DNA of 64,000 nucleotides, taken from NCBI RefSeq assembly GCF_009914755.1, contig NC_060930.1. The stretch is one strand, 5' to 3'. The notes below the pieces were generated by a model that was not told the origin of the DNA, searched no databases, and saw only the letters and a list, made by a program, of their open reading frames with translations. This document shows positions 44,249-59,921 of the stretch, piece by piece. A program made the translations under genes and the position numbers. How positions within the stretch are numbered: position 1 is the stretch's first letter; each line of letters begins with the position of its first letter. This DNA comes from the human T2T-CHM13v2.0 reference genome, Homo sapiens.

Positions 44249-45769
44249 CAATAGGGAATCCTTATGGGGATTGGCAGAATATAATCACTGAGAGAAAATT
44301 TGGATACTTCTCTTTGAACATCTTTTTCCTTTCCCCTCTTCTTTTCTCAAATATATAAATAACTAAGGTAATAAAGATGATGATATATGCTAGGGAAATG
44401 GTGGGCATGGAAGGGATTTGGTGGCATGATATATTTAAGGACTGGCCCTCACTATTCATCTGTGCCTATTTAAATGGAAAAACTGATGTCTCTGGCCTCA
44501 AGTCCTATATCACAGTGTCTGCTCCGTGACAGTTGGGTGAGTTCCCAAGCCATATTAATATTAAGGTTATCATCTTAAGCACAGTATTCCTAAAATCTTC
44601 TGTTTTCTTATAAACCTGGAGCCTTCAGCTCCATTGTCTTTGAGTCTGTCTGAATGCCGACTTCTTTGTGCTGTAAAAAAGGAAACTGCTCTCTAGCTTA
44701 TTGAAGACTATTCCCGGAGTCAAGGGAATAAGAAACCAATTTTGAAATCAATGTTGAGTTAGGTCTGCTGGGCCCCAGTGAGTCATATCTACTGAAGCAC
44801 AATTTCTGTTGCAGAGACATTAACTCCCATCCCCATTTCCATTAATTTTGAAGAGTCTTCTTGAGAGGCTGTGGGGTTACTAGGGAATTAGGCTCACTGT
44901 AGTTACTATACTCGGACTTTATAGCTGGAATTAATTTAGAGATAAGTGATTATGCATTATAATCTTTTCATTTTATAAGTGAGAAATCTGAGGCCCAGAT
45001 TTGTGATTTGTTCCAAATCAGTTAGCTAGACAGGGAGGAGTTGTGAGCCTCTAGGAAACCACTCCTACGGCATCCCAACATACTCTGTTAACTTCCCGTC
45101 ATAAGAAACAACTAACTAAACAAACAAAAAAATCCTTTCCCAGTTCTTCCTACTACATTTTCTCCAACATAGTGCTAATTTATGTAAAGAAGAGAAGCTC
45201 ATTAAGATGAAAAGAAAAGCATATAATTTTAGCAATGGAGAATGACTTAAGATCTTAGCAGTGTCCAATTTCTTTGCAACTTCTTTTGGAAGGATGGTTG
45301 TGAAAATTAAGAACATAAAACCCTTTTTCTTTCTAATAGTGAAATATAATGTCCCTTCACTTGGAAGAGAGAATAATTTAAGAAAAATCAGCCATTGTTT
45401 CAGGTCTTCAGTCGTATTTTATTTTAGGTAAAGCTGACCACAGAGTGAATTTCTGTAAATAAATTTATATAGTTTTCAATAGTTTTCAGCATAAAATTGC
45501 ATTTCCTTTTTGTGAACCCAAAATAAAGGAAATCACATGAAATATTAAGGCAATTATTTAAAATGATAACATTTGAAAGCAACAATCTTAGAACAAATAT
45601 TAAAAGTATGAATTTTACTTGTATTAGAAACTTCATCTGCAACTCTTACCCTGGACAAAAATATGCCTAGGGATGTCTTTATCTATAGGGAGAATCTCAT
45701 ATAACTGAAATCAATATGGCCAAGTAAAGTTTTATGCTTCATGATAACTTTTTAACATTTGAAATTTCT

Positions 45770-46610
45770 GTATTTTTTAAATAAAACTTTTATTTTAGAT
45801 AGATTTGGCTTTATAGAAAAATTACAAAGATAGTACAGAGTTCTCATATACTCCCCACCTAGGTTCCCCTATTGTTAACATCCTACATGAGTATAATTAA
45901 TTGAACCAATAATGATACACTATTATTAACTAAACCCCACACTTTATTCAGATTTGCTTAATTTTTTCTAACTCCCTTTTTCTGTTTCAGAGTCCTGTAT
46001 TAGGTTAGCACATTAAATGTAGTTGTATATCTCCTTAGGCCCCTCTTGGCTGTGACTTTTTCTAAGACTTTACTTGTTTTTGATGATCTTGCCAGTTTTG
46101 AGGAGCACAAGTTAGATATTTTGTAGAAGGTCTCTTGATGAGATTTTTCTGATGTTTTTCTCAGGATTAGACTGAGTTTATGTGTTTTGGGGAGGAAAAG
46201 TACCCTTTTTGTCACATTATACCAAGGGTACATGCTATCAATATAACTCATCGTCGTTGATACTAACCTTGATCACCTGGCTGAGATATAGTATTTGTCA
46301 GATTTTACCAGAAAGTTATTCCCCTGTGGTTTCCATGCTGTGCTCTTTGGAAGGAAGTCACCATGTACAGTCCACAATTGAGTGGGGAGTGATGTTCCAT
46401 CTCCTTGAGGGATGATTATCTGTGTAAATTACTTGGAATTTCTCTAGTGTGAGAGATTTGTCTATTCTCCCACATTTATTTATTTATGATATATTTTGTG
46501 AGGATAGATTCATGGTTATATACATATATTTTATTTTTGATTATAATCCCACACCATTTTAGTTTGTTGCTCAAAGTGTTTTAGATTTGGCCTTTGAGAA
46601 CTCTTTCAAT
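45770..46610 (-). mobile_element. L1MC-like 3' end
   Basis: TTTATAGAAAAATTACAAAGATAGTACAGAGTTCTCATATAC...TAACCTTGATCACCTGGCTGAG. Confidence 0.75.
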
Positions 46611-47639
46611 TGCATTTATGTATATTTTAGTTGATAGTTTTCAAACACATATGAATCACTTCTAAGAGACACCAGAATATATCTTATATTTAACATAAAT
46701 CTATTACCTTGAAATAAAATAGAGGTCAGTAACACTTTCAAATGGGTCAATATTCTGTGATTGCACCAGGTAACTGTGGTTGCACCAAATAAAGAGCAAA
46801 TTTAATATTCATTCAACACATGCTTTTGGGTACCTATTACTTCAAGGCACTCTGCTAGGTGCTGTGGGAGATTCGAGGATGATTCACACCGTCTCCAGCC
46901 TTTGTCAGCCTCCAAGCTAGTAGGTTAATTAAGGCATTACTTATAGTAATGAAGTTAGGCAGTACAGAAGTTAGGAATCATAAGAGAGATGTAGATAAAG
47001 GCTGTGGAAATAAAGGGAGGATGTTTGAAAGGATACTGAATATTTGGCGTATGAGCTAAACCTGAAAGGACAGCAAAGATTCAGATGTGATGAGATGGGG
47101 GAGGATGGCATGTGCGCAGAACACAGTGAGGAGGACTTGGAGGTGGGAGAAGAAAGGCCACTATGGGAGAAGTCAGGTGGTTCAGTTTGACTGGAATTAC
47201 TGTTTTCTTTTTGTGTGAATTTACAGATAATACATTTAGTTTAAGTGACTGGATGTACTTTTACAGATGGTGTTTAACTATTGTTTTGTTTTTAAATGGA
47301 AAAAAGACTATTCTGACTTTAGGATGTGTTAATAAGAATATTGACATCACTCTTGGTTCTCTGCTTAATGCCTTATTTTGTTAATACTCTCTTTGGGAAT
47401 CCCAGCGTTGTTGAAATTTTGCAGTTTAAATTTTTACTTCTGTTTTGTTTGCAAAGGAGACTTTTACATTCAATCTTAAACTTGTTTTTATTATTCAAAG
47501 GATTTTAAAGTGTCATTAAGCTGGTATTGAGAAGTTATTTTCAGCATGAAGATGGTTGAGAACAAAAGTTAATGAGTTTGGGATGAAAAAACTAAAAGAT
47601 TTTTATTCCTTTTTTCTGGTTTTTAAAAAGAAGCCTTGG

Positions 47640-48900
47640 TTTTTTAAAAGTTATGTTTATTGAGATATAATTTATGTACAGTAAAATTTACCCCTTTTAG
47701 GTGTAAAGTTCAGTGAGTCTTGGCAAATGCACTTAATTCTGTAATCACCATCACAGTTAAGACAGATAGTACATTTGTCTCTCCAAAAAGTTTTCTGGTC
47801 CCTTTTGTTGTCATTGCCTTCTCCTACTGCCAGCCCAGATGACCAGTGATTTGGGTTCTGTCTTTGTCTTTTCCAGAATGTCATAAATGGATGATAAACT
47901 ATGTAGCCATTTGTGTCTGGGTTCTTTTACTTAGCCTAATGCTTTGAGGTTCATCCTTGTTGATGCATGTATTAGTAATTTATTTATTTTTATCACTGAA
48001 ATATTCCATTTTATTTGCTTATCTTTTCTCCAGGTGATGGACATTTGGAATGTTCCCAGCTTTTGGCAGTTGTGTAAAAGCTGCTATAAACATTCATGTG
48101 CAGGCCTTTGCATGGACATATGTTTTCTTTTCTCTCTGGTAAATACCTAGGAGTGTGATTGCTGTGTCATATAGCAAATGTTTGTATAACTCTGTAAGAA
48201 ACTGCCAAACTGTTTCCACAGTGGCTGTACCCTTTTGTATTCTCACCAGCAGTGTATGAGAGTTTAGTTCCACCACATTCTCACCAATACTAGGTATGGT
48301 CAGTCTTTTTAATTTTAGCCCTTCTAATAGGCTTGTAATGGTATCTCATTGTAGTTTTACTTGCATTTTCTTAATGACTTAATGATAGTAAGCATTTTTT
48401 TCATGTCCTTATTGACCATCTTTATCTCTGGCAAAGTAACTGTCAAATCTCCCCTCACCTCGCCCTGCCAAGCTTTTAAAAAAAGTATGGATGGTTTATC
48501 TTCTTATTGATTGGATTGTAAGAGCTCTTCATATATTCTAGATACAAGCACCTTGTCAGATACTGTTTACAATTTTTTCTTCCCCATCTGAGGCTGTCTT
48601 TTTATTTTATTTATGGTGTATTTCAAAGAGCAAAAGATTTTGGTTTGATGAAGTCCAATTTGTATTGTTTCTTTTATGGTTCACACTTTTTGAGAGACAA
48701 GATCGGGCATGTTCAGGGTGGTATGGCAGTAGACAGTTCACACTTTTTGTATCCTATCTAAGAGTTCTTTCCCTAACCCAAGGGGATTACAAATATTTTC
48801 TCCTTTTTCTTCTAGAAGCTTTATACCTTTAGGCTTAGGAGTTGCATTTAGGCCTGGGGTTCATTTTTAAGTTAATTTTGTTTAATATGGAGCAAAGTTA
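47640..48900 (-). mobile_element. Old L1M (ME-like) 3' region hosting the 5S fragment
   Basis: TTTATTGAGATATAATTT...GTAAAATT. Antisense ORF2 C-terminal similarity around 48100-48400 (AGAAACTGCCAAACTGTTTCCACAGTGGCTGTACC). Confidence 0.8.
48695..48734 (-). pseudogene. 3'-truncated 5S rRNA retropseudogene (5S nt 1-40), no poly(A) tail
   Basis: The minus strand reads GTCTACTGCCATACCACCCTGAACATGCCCGATCTTGTCT versus 5S GTCTACGGCCATACCACCCTGAACGCGCCCGATCTCGTCT (36/40). It is flanked by the direct repeat GTTCACACTTTTTG at 48679-48692 and 48736-48749. Confidence 0.92.
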
Positions 48901-50109
48901 TTGGTTTATTTTAAAAATGCTTTTGGAATTCCCAGACTTTATCTTCAAATGCAAAATCCAAAATAGATACCTGAATTTTTTATTGTCTTATATACATTGT
49001 CCTGTTTTATTCTGTTAATGCATCTAGGGGAGAGTTAACTGTAATAGATGGATTGAGAGACTCCTTAAGAGGTAAGTTTCTCTGTTTCCGCTTTCTCCTG
49101 TGTTCTTCTTCCACACTATAATGAACATCAGTGAATATTGTTTCCAGTTTTTATCTGCAGCCTTTTTCAAAAGACTGGGAGGCTCTGGAGAGGATCTAGT
49201 AAGATCAATGAAAATGAGTAGGGAGGGATAATAGGGCTATGTGGAAAACTGGAGGAAATAGAGATGGTAAAGATAGTAAACAGGTAAGTGAGGGAGTGAA
49301 TCATATACTTTGAAAGGTGTAGCTTGAATATACAGGGCAAATTAGGAAGGATGAATGACTGGTTTAGAGCGACCATATTGAGGAAATGGGTGGATAGTGT
49401 TGAGTTTTAGAGTTCACAGGTGGAAGAAAAGAAGGCTGAAGGATGGGGGAGGATCCACAGAACAAAGTAACCATTCAAGAGAATGTGTACCTGATGAAAT
49501 AACACTAAATGATGAGAATTGGGAAGGGCATAGGGAAAGAAAATCAGGCATTAAAGATAATTCCAACATTTAGAGCCTTGTAGACAGGGAAAATAGTACG
49601 TCCCAGGGAAATAGGGGAGTTTGGGATGAAAATCCACTTGAAGATGATAAAGATAGTGGTTTTTAAACTATGTGCTTTTGCAAAAGATAGCAATTGACCC
49701 TATCCAAGTTGCTCTTTGGAAATATAATCCTGGGTTTGGGTTAGAGTCATGAGGATCATTATAGAAATGAAAGCTGCAAATAAGAATAGTCTCTCCAAGA
49801 ACAAGAAAAGTGAAAGAAGAAAAGTAATACAAAGATTTATCTTATGAAGGCACATGCAGTTAAACATTTCAAATTAAAGGCCAGATAAGAAACAACTGAA
49901 GGATACAGAGAAAGAGTGTCCAGAGAACTAGTTGAGGACACAGAAGAGGTAGCATGTAAACAGATGAAGAAGCTTCAGGAAGGACCTCGTTATCCTCTAG
50001 ATGTAGAGCATGGAGATCAAGCAGAATAAACATACAGAAAAAGCAACTATATTTCCTTAGAAAAAGTCATTGGTGATCTTGAAGAACAGTGGGGAAGAAA
50101 GGAAAAATA

Positions 50110-50480
50110 CAGTAGCCCTCCTTATCTGAGGTTTCACTTTCTGAGGTTTCAGTTACCCACAGTCTACCATGGTTGTAAAATAGGTGAGTACAGTACAATA
50201 AGATATTTTGAGAGAGAGAGAGAGACAGAGAGACCATGTTCACATAACTTTTATTACCATGTATTGCTAGAATTGTTCTATTTTATTATAAGTTATTGTT
50301 GTTAATCTCTTACTGTGCCTGATTTATAAATTAAACTTTATCATGTTTGTGTCAGGTATGTTGTATATACAGGAAAAATCATAGTATATATTGAGTATAT
50401 TTGGTTTGTTACTATCTGTGGTTTCAGGCATCCACTGGGGGTCTTGGAACATATTTCTCAAGGATAAGGGGGGATTACTG
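50110..50480 (+). mobile_element. MER44A-like Tigger (TcMar) MITE
   Basis: Terminal inverted repeats CAGTAGCCCTCCTTATC and GATAAGGGGGGATTACTG, flanked by a TA target duplication. Confidence 0.85.
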
Positions 50481-51789
50481 TACAAGAGAAGGGAAACATG
50501 GACACTATCTCTTAGCAGTGTTCCCCAACTTGTGTGCTCTGACAGTTATTAGTAATGCTACAAAATTTTATACTGTTTACAAAAGTTGAATGAAGTTAAA
50601 AACATTTCTTTACTAAAAAAGTATGAATTTTTTTTCCCAATACTTTCCACCCTTCACTACGCTAATGTGAATTACTAAGCCCTAAAGAGGGGAACTATAG
50701 TATGCCACAGTTTCCTACTTACTAGGCTTTGCATCCCTTTCCTTTCTTTTACTTACAGAATGTCTTCTTGGAGAGGACATTCCAACAAGGGAAGAGAGAA
50801 GTAATGTCAGTAAACTTTATCCTGTGCATTAATTGTGCCATGATAAGTATTGTGGATAAAAGTAAAGTAGGGAAAGGAGATACAAGGTGTCGAAGTGGTC
50901 AATTGTAAGGCTGATCAGCGAGAGATGACATATTAAAGACTTGAAGGAGGCGAGGAAGCAAACAATGCTTCCCTCTGGGGGAATCACATTCCATGTGCAA
51001 AGTTGCTGGTTAGAGCAGCCTAGTGTGTATGCAAGGCAAGAAGGATAGTAAGGCTGAACTGGGAGTGGGAGGAGATGTGGTCAGAGGTTTGTGTCTGAGT
51101 TTGTTTCTGGCAGCACTTGAACAGAGTGTAGCTCCTAGCACTGGGGCATTGACTTGAGATTGTATAGAGTCGGTTTCTGCTTTTGTGTCTCCCATCAGTG
51201 ACAGCACATTATCATCTGTTGTTGCTCCTTCCCACTACTTTGGCCAATCACTCATAGACACAGGAGGAACTGTGGTCAGAGTAGTTTCTCATCTGACCCA
51301 TTCTGGAAGAGCAAAGCTTGATTCTGTGTGGCTTTGGAGAAACAAGAAGATAAGTAGAGCATACTACAGATTGGCTTAGGATCTCTTAAAAAGGAGAAAG
51401 TTGTTGAGTTTCATCCAGGAGTCTGGGGGCAATAAAGGAAGAGTGTAAAGATCTTTGGGGGTGGGGAGATGGGAGAGAGGAGATGGAAAACACAATCATC
51501 CCCCTATGTTTATGGGTTTCACACCAAATAATCAAACATGGATTTGTTGGAGATCTTTCTGCTAGGGATTCTCTCAAATGTAATTTATAAAATTAAAGAT
51601 CCTTGGTGATTTATAGCTGTTCTCTCTTTGAAGCTTTCTTCATATATGTAATTTTAAGAAATAGTCTATTATCTTTAACAGCAGAGGGTCATTTTATATT
51701 CCTGTCTCACTCTTGAGAAATAAATGTCCTCTAAGTAGGTCTTAATTTTTTTCATAATAATATGTAAAACATTCAAATCTTTGTAATTT

Positions 51790-51950
51790 ATTTTTTTAAT
51801 GAATAAACTGTAGTTTTTGAGCAGTTTTAGGTTCACAGCAAGCCTGAGTGGAAAATACATAGTTCCTACATACCCCTCTCCCCACACAGGCACAGCCTCC
51901 CTCACTATCAACATCTCACACTAGAATGATACATTTGTTAAAATCAATGT
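51790..51950 (-). mobile_element. L1MC-like 3' end fragment
   Basis: GAGCAGTTTTAGGTTCACAGCAAGCCTGAGTGGAAAATACATAGTTCC...GATACATTTGTTAAAATCAATG. Confidence 0.75.
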
Positions 51951-52371
51951 GAAATTTATTTTTTAATCAGATGAAATGAGAAGTGAAAAATCAGTATCTT
52001 TTTGAGGCAGATGTGATTTGGAATGGACCTGTTCACTCTTAGTATTTTTTTTAAAGCCTGGTTTCTTTATCCCTTACATCTGAACTTATTAGTAATTTTT
52101 AAGTAAATGTATGTCTTAAACGATAAGTTATTTCTGCATGAAATACTACTTTCAAGGGCAGGTATGAGGTCTACTGTGATTTTAGCTAATTTGGAGATGA
52201 GTAATTTTAGCAAAGGATTCACACAGCTCTGAGTTGAAGGAGATTCCAGATTCTCATTTGTTCACATGGACCTGCTGGAAGTTCTACTGCAGTGAAGGAT
52301 TTTTGTGGCAACTGGTGAGTCTGAGGCTAGTTCTAAGGGGTACATGAAGAGCGAATACTCTAAAATCCTAG

Positions 52372-52853
52372 TGATGCAGGACAGGGGAGCCCCAAAGTGG
52401 GGCTTAGCCTGTGAGGGTTCTTAGCTTCACCCAAGAAATAATTCAAGGGTGAGCTGGAGTTAGGGTAGAAGAAAACGGCTTTATTGAAGCGACAGTGTTA
52501 CTGCTCCATGACTGCTCCTGCAGAGTAGGGCAACCCCATAGGGAGTGTGCTGCGAGTAGCAGCACAGGGCAGCTTTGCAGTCATATTTATACCTATTTTT
52601 AATTCCATTAGAGTAAGGGGCAGTTTATGCAGAAATCTCTAGGAAAAGAGTGGTAGCTTTTGGGTCATCGGGTCATTGCTATGGAAAGGGGTGGTAACTC
52701 CCAGGTGTTGCCGTGGCAATGGTAAACTGACATGGCACACTGGTGGGCATGTCTAATGGGAAGCTGCTTCTGCCCTGTCCCTGTTTTCCCTAGTCCTCAA
52801 TTTGGTTTGGTATTCAATCCCGCCTCTGGAGTTGAGTCCTGCCTCCTCCCTCA
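52372..52853 (-). mobile_element. ERV1 solo LTR, MER66-like
   Basis: TG...CA termini and a 4-bp TSD CTAG (52368-52371, 52854-52857). Antisense TATAAA and AATAAA are present, and the minus strand starts TGAGGGAGGAGGCAGGACTCAACTCCAGAGGCGGG. Confidence 0.8.
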
Positions 52854-54044
52854 CTAGTGTAAATATAAACAAAGCATGAAGTTCTTATGCAGATAGCTAT
52901 TTAGGAGGAAGTGTGTGTATGTGTATAAAATATTTCACAGTATATTAACAATGATGCTTAAATTAGCTCAATAAACCCAGACATATTTTCTCCAGATACA
53001 TTTTCTTTCTTTGGTTATTCATCTTTTGAATTCATCTGAGAAAATACTTTTTATTTATATTTTATAGTCTGATTTCTGTAATCACAGATTTTTTTAAAGC
53101 AGAAAAAATGAGGGTGGACATGGAAGGCACGAGAACAGGGTCCGTTTACAGATATAAGGACACAAAGCAAAGCAGAGATTTGTCAATTTTTATTAATTTA
53201 GTTAGTGTATTCATTTAGAAAACTTCGATTAATCATTTATGTCAGTCACTGCACTTGGGGCTAGACACATGAGGTTGAATAACTCACAGTCTCTGCCTTC
53301 AAGGAAGTGGAATGCATAGAGATGCCTTGAGAGAAAACATCTCCTCTGCCCTTTTTTCTGCCTTCCATCTTTCTTTTGTCTCCTCCTCTTTGGAGTAGAA
53401 AAAATAATAGTAATGTAGCCTTAAATAGATTATACACAATATGCTGTTTCTCTTCCAACTTGATTTAACTGTTACAGGTAATTCCAGTGTGATAAAAATG
53501 ATTCTTAGAAATGTTACAGTTGGTGTTTTTAAAAGCTATTTGATATTATACAGTCTATTTCTTTTCCTTAGCCTGTAATTTGTCATCATGCTCTCCTGTA
53601 ACCTAGAAAAGCTATTGGCATTTAAGGTCTTTACTTATTTAATACCTTTCATGAGCCAACTCAGTTTATTAACCTGGATTTTTTTTCTATCTATATTTTA
53701 GGTAGTTTAAAATCCTTTCCTTCAACTAAGTTCTTGAGTTTTATAATCATTCTTCTTTGTCTTTTCTCACCTTTTGCAAATTTGTGCATTTCTCTTGGGA
53801 ACTGAAGCGTGCAGGTGATGTGCCATTAATCTTGCATCTTTTTTCTTTTGATGACATCTTTTCTTCAAGTCTAAGTTATTATGATTATTTTGGCCACCAT
53901 ATTGCCTTATCAACATAATTATTTTATTCAGCCTTCTCACATATATGTTCCCTCTGGTAGGGCTTCCCTCCACCAAGTTTTTCTATTTCATGAAATAAAT
54001 AAATAAATGATTCCAAGCATTTTTCCAGGAAAATATGCTCATTT

Positions 54045-54084
54045 GCATTTTATTGAATGGCATTTTATTGAATGGCATTTTATT
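54045..54084. repeat. 15-bp tandem repeat (2.7 copies)
   Basis: GCATTTTATTGAATG x2 plus GCATTTTATT. Confidence 0.9.
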
Positions 54085-54957
54085 TTCTTCCAATATTAAT
54101 ACTGCCCTTGACTCCTTTTTATAATCTTTCTTACATGCTCTGGATTTAGAACTCAAATTATTATCAGTGGCTCAGTAAATGTTAGCTAATGCTTTTTAAA
54201 ACATTAAGATGCATATTCCTTGGATTTGGAGATTTTTACATTAACTTTAAAATAAGGAGTTATTTTTGGGTGCATTAATAAAAACTCTGAGGCATTATCT
54301 TTCCTTACTATTCAACTATGTTAGTTTTTATTTTACATATGATGAGATTCAAGAAGAAACTTAAATTTGAGAGGATTGACAATTTTAAAACATCCCATTG
54401 AGGAAACAACAGGGCCACAATAATATATGTTTGCATTTGTATACATTCACACTAGTTTTTTTTTTTTTCATCTTTTATCCTGAAGTGTGTTATTTCTCTA
54501 TATTGTAATGATGAGAAACCTCAGGTCCAGAGAAGCATGGCACTTGGTATGGAGTGCATATTCAGCCACAGCAGCAAGAAGAGGGGGAAGACGTGCTAGG
54601 CTTATATAATCAGTGTTACCCACATGGTCAAGATAAAACTATGCTGGAGTGATTGATTTACTCAGTGAATAAGCATTTAGATCTCTTCTGTGAACCTGTA
54701 GGCTCATTGAGATCTGTGCTGGCCACCTTGTTCATCGTTATATTTCAGATTTAGTGGTACAGTGACTGAAATATAATAGGACTCTCTTACGTATTTATTG
54801 AATCAATCAATTAGTTAACAGGAGGCAGCAGCTAAATGGAGGGAAGAGGTCAGAATGGCTGCAGATGTACTACTGTCAGAATATTTTGTGAACCCACTTC
54901 AGATAGTAGAATAGTAAAATGACTTTTTAGTACTTTTTGCCATAAACTTGTTATCCT

Positions 54958-55495
<538 letters not shown>

Positions 55496-56089
55496 TATAG
55501 AACAAAATCATTAGAAAATTACCCTTGGAGTTCATGTTATGCTTTGTTTCACCTGTGACTGTATTATAACAAGTTCCTTGAGATCTTTCTTTAACTAACA
55601 TCATTTATATAATCCTCCCAGACTCTTTATTTCAGGGATTCATAGTAATAGGGCTCTGCTTCCTCTTTTTTCCTACAACTTTATTAAGGTATAATTTATA
55701 ATGTTCTTACTCAAGTTTTGATGTTGGGTTATACTGGCCTTGTAAAACTAGTTGAGTAGTGTTTCTTACTCTTGTTTTCTGTAAATATTTGTGTTAGACT
55801 GGTTTTCTTCCTTGAATCTTTGTTAGAATTTACTGGCAAAACCACCTGGGCTTGGAATTCCCTTTTGAGGACAATTTTGATAAAGAATTTGATTTCTTTA
55901 ATAGATACAGGGCTCTTTAGTTTCTGTTTCTTCTTGTGTCAATTTTGCTGAGTTTTATTTTTCAATATTTTTGTCTGTTGCATCTCAGTTATCAAATTAA
56001 TTGGCATAAAATTGTTCTTAGTATTCTCTTATCTTTTAATGTCTGTAAAATCTGTGTGGATACACCTTTCTTGATATTGGTGCTTTCTA

Positions 56090-56830
<741 letters not shown>

Positions 56831-57355
56831 AAGGCTTTGTTAATTTTTTAAAATTATTTTTCTATCATTTATCCCATTTATTTCTGCTGTTACTTTTGCT
56901 GTTTCCTAACTTCTATTTATTTTAAGTTTACATTGTTTTTATGTGTATAGCTTCTTGAGGTAGAACTTCAGGTTATTGGGGTTTTTTTCTTACCTAATAC
57001 ATGTACATAAATTTCCCTGAAAACACCGCTTTAGGTGTATCCCACAAATTTTGATATGTTATAGTTTTGTTGTCACTTAGGTAAATGTATTTCATGATTT
57101 CTCTTGTGATTTTAGTCCATACATTACTTAGAAATGTGGTTTAATTTTCAGATATTTGAGGAATTCCTGATATCTCAATACTATTGATTTCTAATTAAAT
57201 TCAGTTGTTAGAGAACAAATTTTGTAGATTTTGATCCTTTTAAATTTCTTAAGACTTGTTTTAAATCCAAGTCTATGATCTCTCTTGGTAAATACAATTG
57301 AAAAAAGGGAATATTCTGCAGTCGTAAGATGTAGTATTCTATAAATGTCAATTAG

Positions 57356-57757
<402 letters not shown>

Positions 57758-58388
57758 TAACTGTGATTTTGGAATGGTCTGATTCTTGTTAATTCTGTTA
57801 ATTTTTGTAACATATATATTTGAGGGTCTATTATCAAACACATGTCTCTACTCTGTTTTCTGATGAATTGTCCTTTTATCATTATGAAACATCTCTCTTT
57901 ATGTCTGGTAATACATGTTGTCTTGAAATCTATTTTATCTGATATTAATATAGCAACTTTGCCTTTGTAAAATTAAGTTTTGTATCTTATACCTTTTTCC
58001 ATCCATTTTATTTCAACATCTCTATGTCATTATATTTAAAGTGTATCTTTTTATTTAAATCTTTTTATTTAAAGTGTATCTTTTTAAGACAATATATAAT
58101 TGAGTCTAGCTTTGTGTCTGCTCTGACAGTCTCTGCCTTTTAATTGGGAAGTTTAGACCACTATCATTAACATAATGTTTAGCATTTTTTGGATATGGGT
58201 TTACATTTTTATCATTTTTTTATCTGTGTTAATTTTCTCTGCTTTTTGTTCTTTTGTTCCCCCTTACCTGCCTTTTTTGGGGTTATTTAAATATGCTTTG
58301 GTATTAGATTTTAAATTATTTATTGGCTTTTGGCTATAACAATTTGAATTTTGGGGGGGTTACTTTGAGTTAATATTTTACCATTCTC

Positions 58389-58883
58389 CTATAAAGACAC
58401 ATGCACACGTATGTTTATTGCAGCACTATTTACAATAGCAAAGACTTGAAACCAACCCAAATGCCCATCAGTGATAGGCTGGATAAAGAAAATGTGGTAC
58501 GTATACACCATGGAATACTATGCAGCCATAAAAAAGAATGAGTTCATGTCCTTTGCAGGGACATGGATGAAGCTGAAAACCATCATTCTCAGCAAACTAA
58601 CACAGGAAAAGAAAACCAAACACTGCATATTCTCACTCATAAACGGGAATTGAACAATGAGAACACATGGACACAGGGAGGGGAACATCACACACTGGGG
58701 CCTGTTGGGGGGTGGGGGGCAAGAGGAGGGAGACCATTAGGACAAATACCTAATGCATGCAGGGCTTAAAACCTAGAAGATGGGTTGATGGGTGCAGCAA
58801 ACTACCATGGCACATGTACACCTATGTAACAAACCTGCGCATTCTGCACATGTATCCCAGAACTTAAAGTAAAATAAAAAAAA
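58389..58883 (+). mobile_element. L1PA7-like 5'-truncated insertion (ORF2 end + 3'UTR)
   Basis: Encodes [25 protein letters not shown]. The 3'UTR reads ATTAGGACAAATACCTAATGCATGCAGGGCTTAAAACCTAG and ends in an A tail. Confidence 0.9.
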
Positions 58884-59270
58884 TACTATTTCAGGTAAAA
58901 TGTAGCTATCTTGCAGCCATATAGATCCCATTAACAAGCCCTTCTGCTATCTTTTTATATTATGGTTGTCATATGAGTTATATCTACATACATTAAAAGC
59001 CTACTGAAAAATGCTATAATTTTTACTTAAAGCAGTAAGTAACTTAAACCATTTTAAATAGTTTAAGTGGAAAAACCCATAGTCTTTTATATTACTGTAG
59101 ATATTTCCCATTTCTGATTTTTTTCTTCATTATTCAGTCATAGATTTTTTTCTCATATTATTTCTCTTTGGCCTAAACAACTTTGTTTAGCATTTCCTGT
59201 AAAGCAGGACTCCTGGCAATAATGATAATAATAATAATAATTTAGTTTATCTGAAACTGTCTTTATTTTG

Positions 59271-59921
59271 GTAGGGATTGTGTCAAGTCTGTAGATCAAT
59301 TTGAGGAGTGCTATATATATCTTAACAATGTTAAATCTCCAATCAAAGAACATGAGGTGTCTTTCCATTTATTTATGTATTCTTTAATTTATTTTAATCT
59401 GCTTTGTAGTTTTCAGTGTACCTGTCTTTTCTTTTGTTAAATTTACTTCTAAATATTTTTTTATTATTATTATTATTTGAGATAAGATCTTGAACTGTTG
59501 CCCAGGCTGGAGTGCAGTGGTGCCATCTTGGCTCACTGCAACCTCTGCCTCCTGGAGTCAAGTGTGTCTTCTGCCTCAGCCTCCTGAGCAGCTAAGACTA
59601 CAGTTGTGAGCAACCATTCATGGTTAATTTTTAATTTTTTTGTAGATACAAGGTCTTGCTTTGTTGCCCAGGCCGGTCTTCAACTCCTGGCCTTAAGCAA
59701 TCCTCCTGCCTCAGCCTCCCAAATCACTGGGATTATAGTATTTTTGGTGCTATTAGAAATTGAATCATTTTCTTCATTTTATTTTTTGTATTATTCATTG
59801 CTAGTACACAGAAATAAAATTAATTTTTGTATATTGATGTTGTATCCTGCAACATCAGGTAATATTGCTGAACTCATTTATTAACTGTAATAGATTTTTT
59901 AAGATTCCTTAGAGTTTTGAA
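59271..59921 (-). mobile_element. Internal L1 ORF2 fragment without 3'UTR or poly(A), TSD-flanked, containing an AluJ
   Basis: The minus-strand peptide RFNIVKIYIALLKLIYRLDTIPTKI resembles ORF2p [24 protein letters not shown]. The flanks are GAAACTGTCTTTATTTTG and GAAAATGTCTTTATTTTG. Confidence 0.7.
59456..59736 (-). mobile_element. AluJ
   Basis: (TTA)n tail, TTGCCCAGGCTGGAGTGCAGTGG...TTTTTTGTAGATACAAGGTCTTGCTTTGTTGCCCAGG. Confidence 0.88.

Noticed and set aside
52211-52314. Possible + strand exon ending at CTG|GTGAGT
   Set aside because: The acceptor has a poor polypyrimidine tract and there is no coding support.
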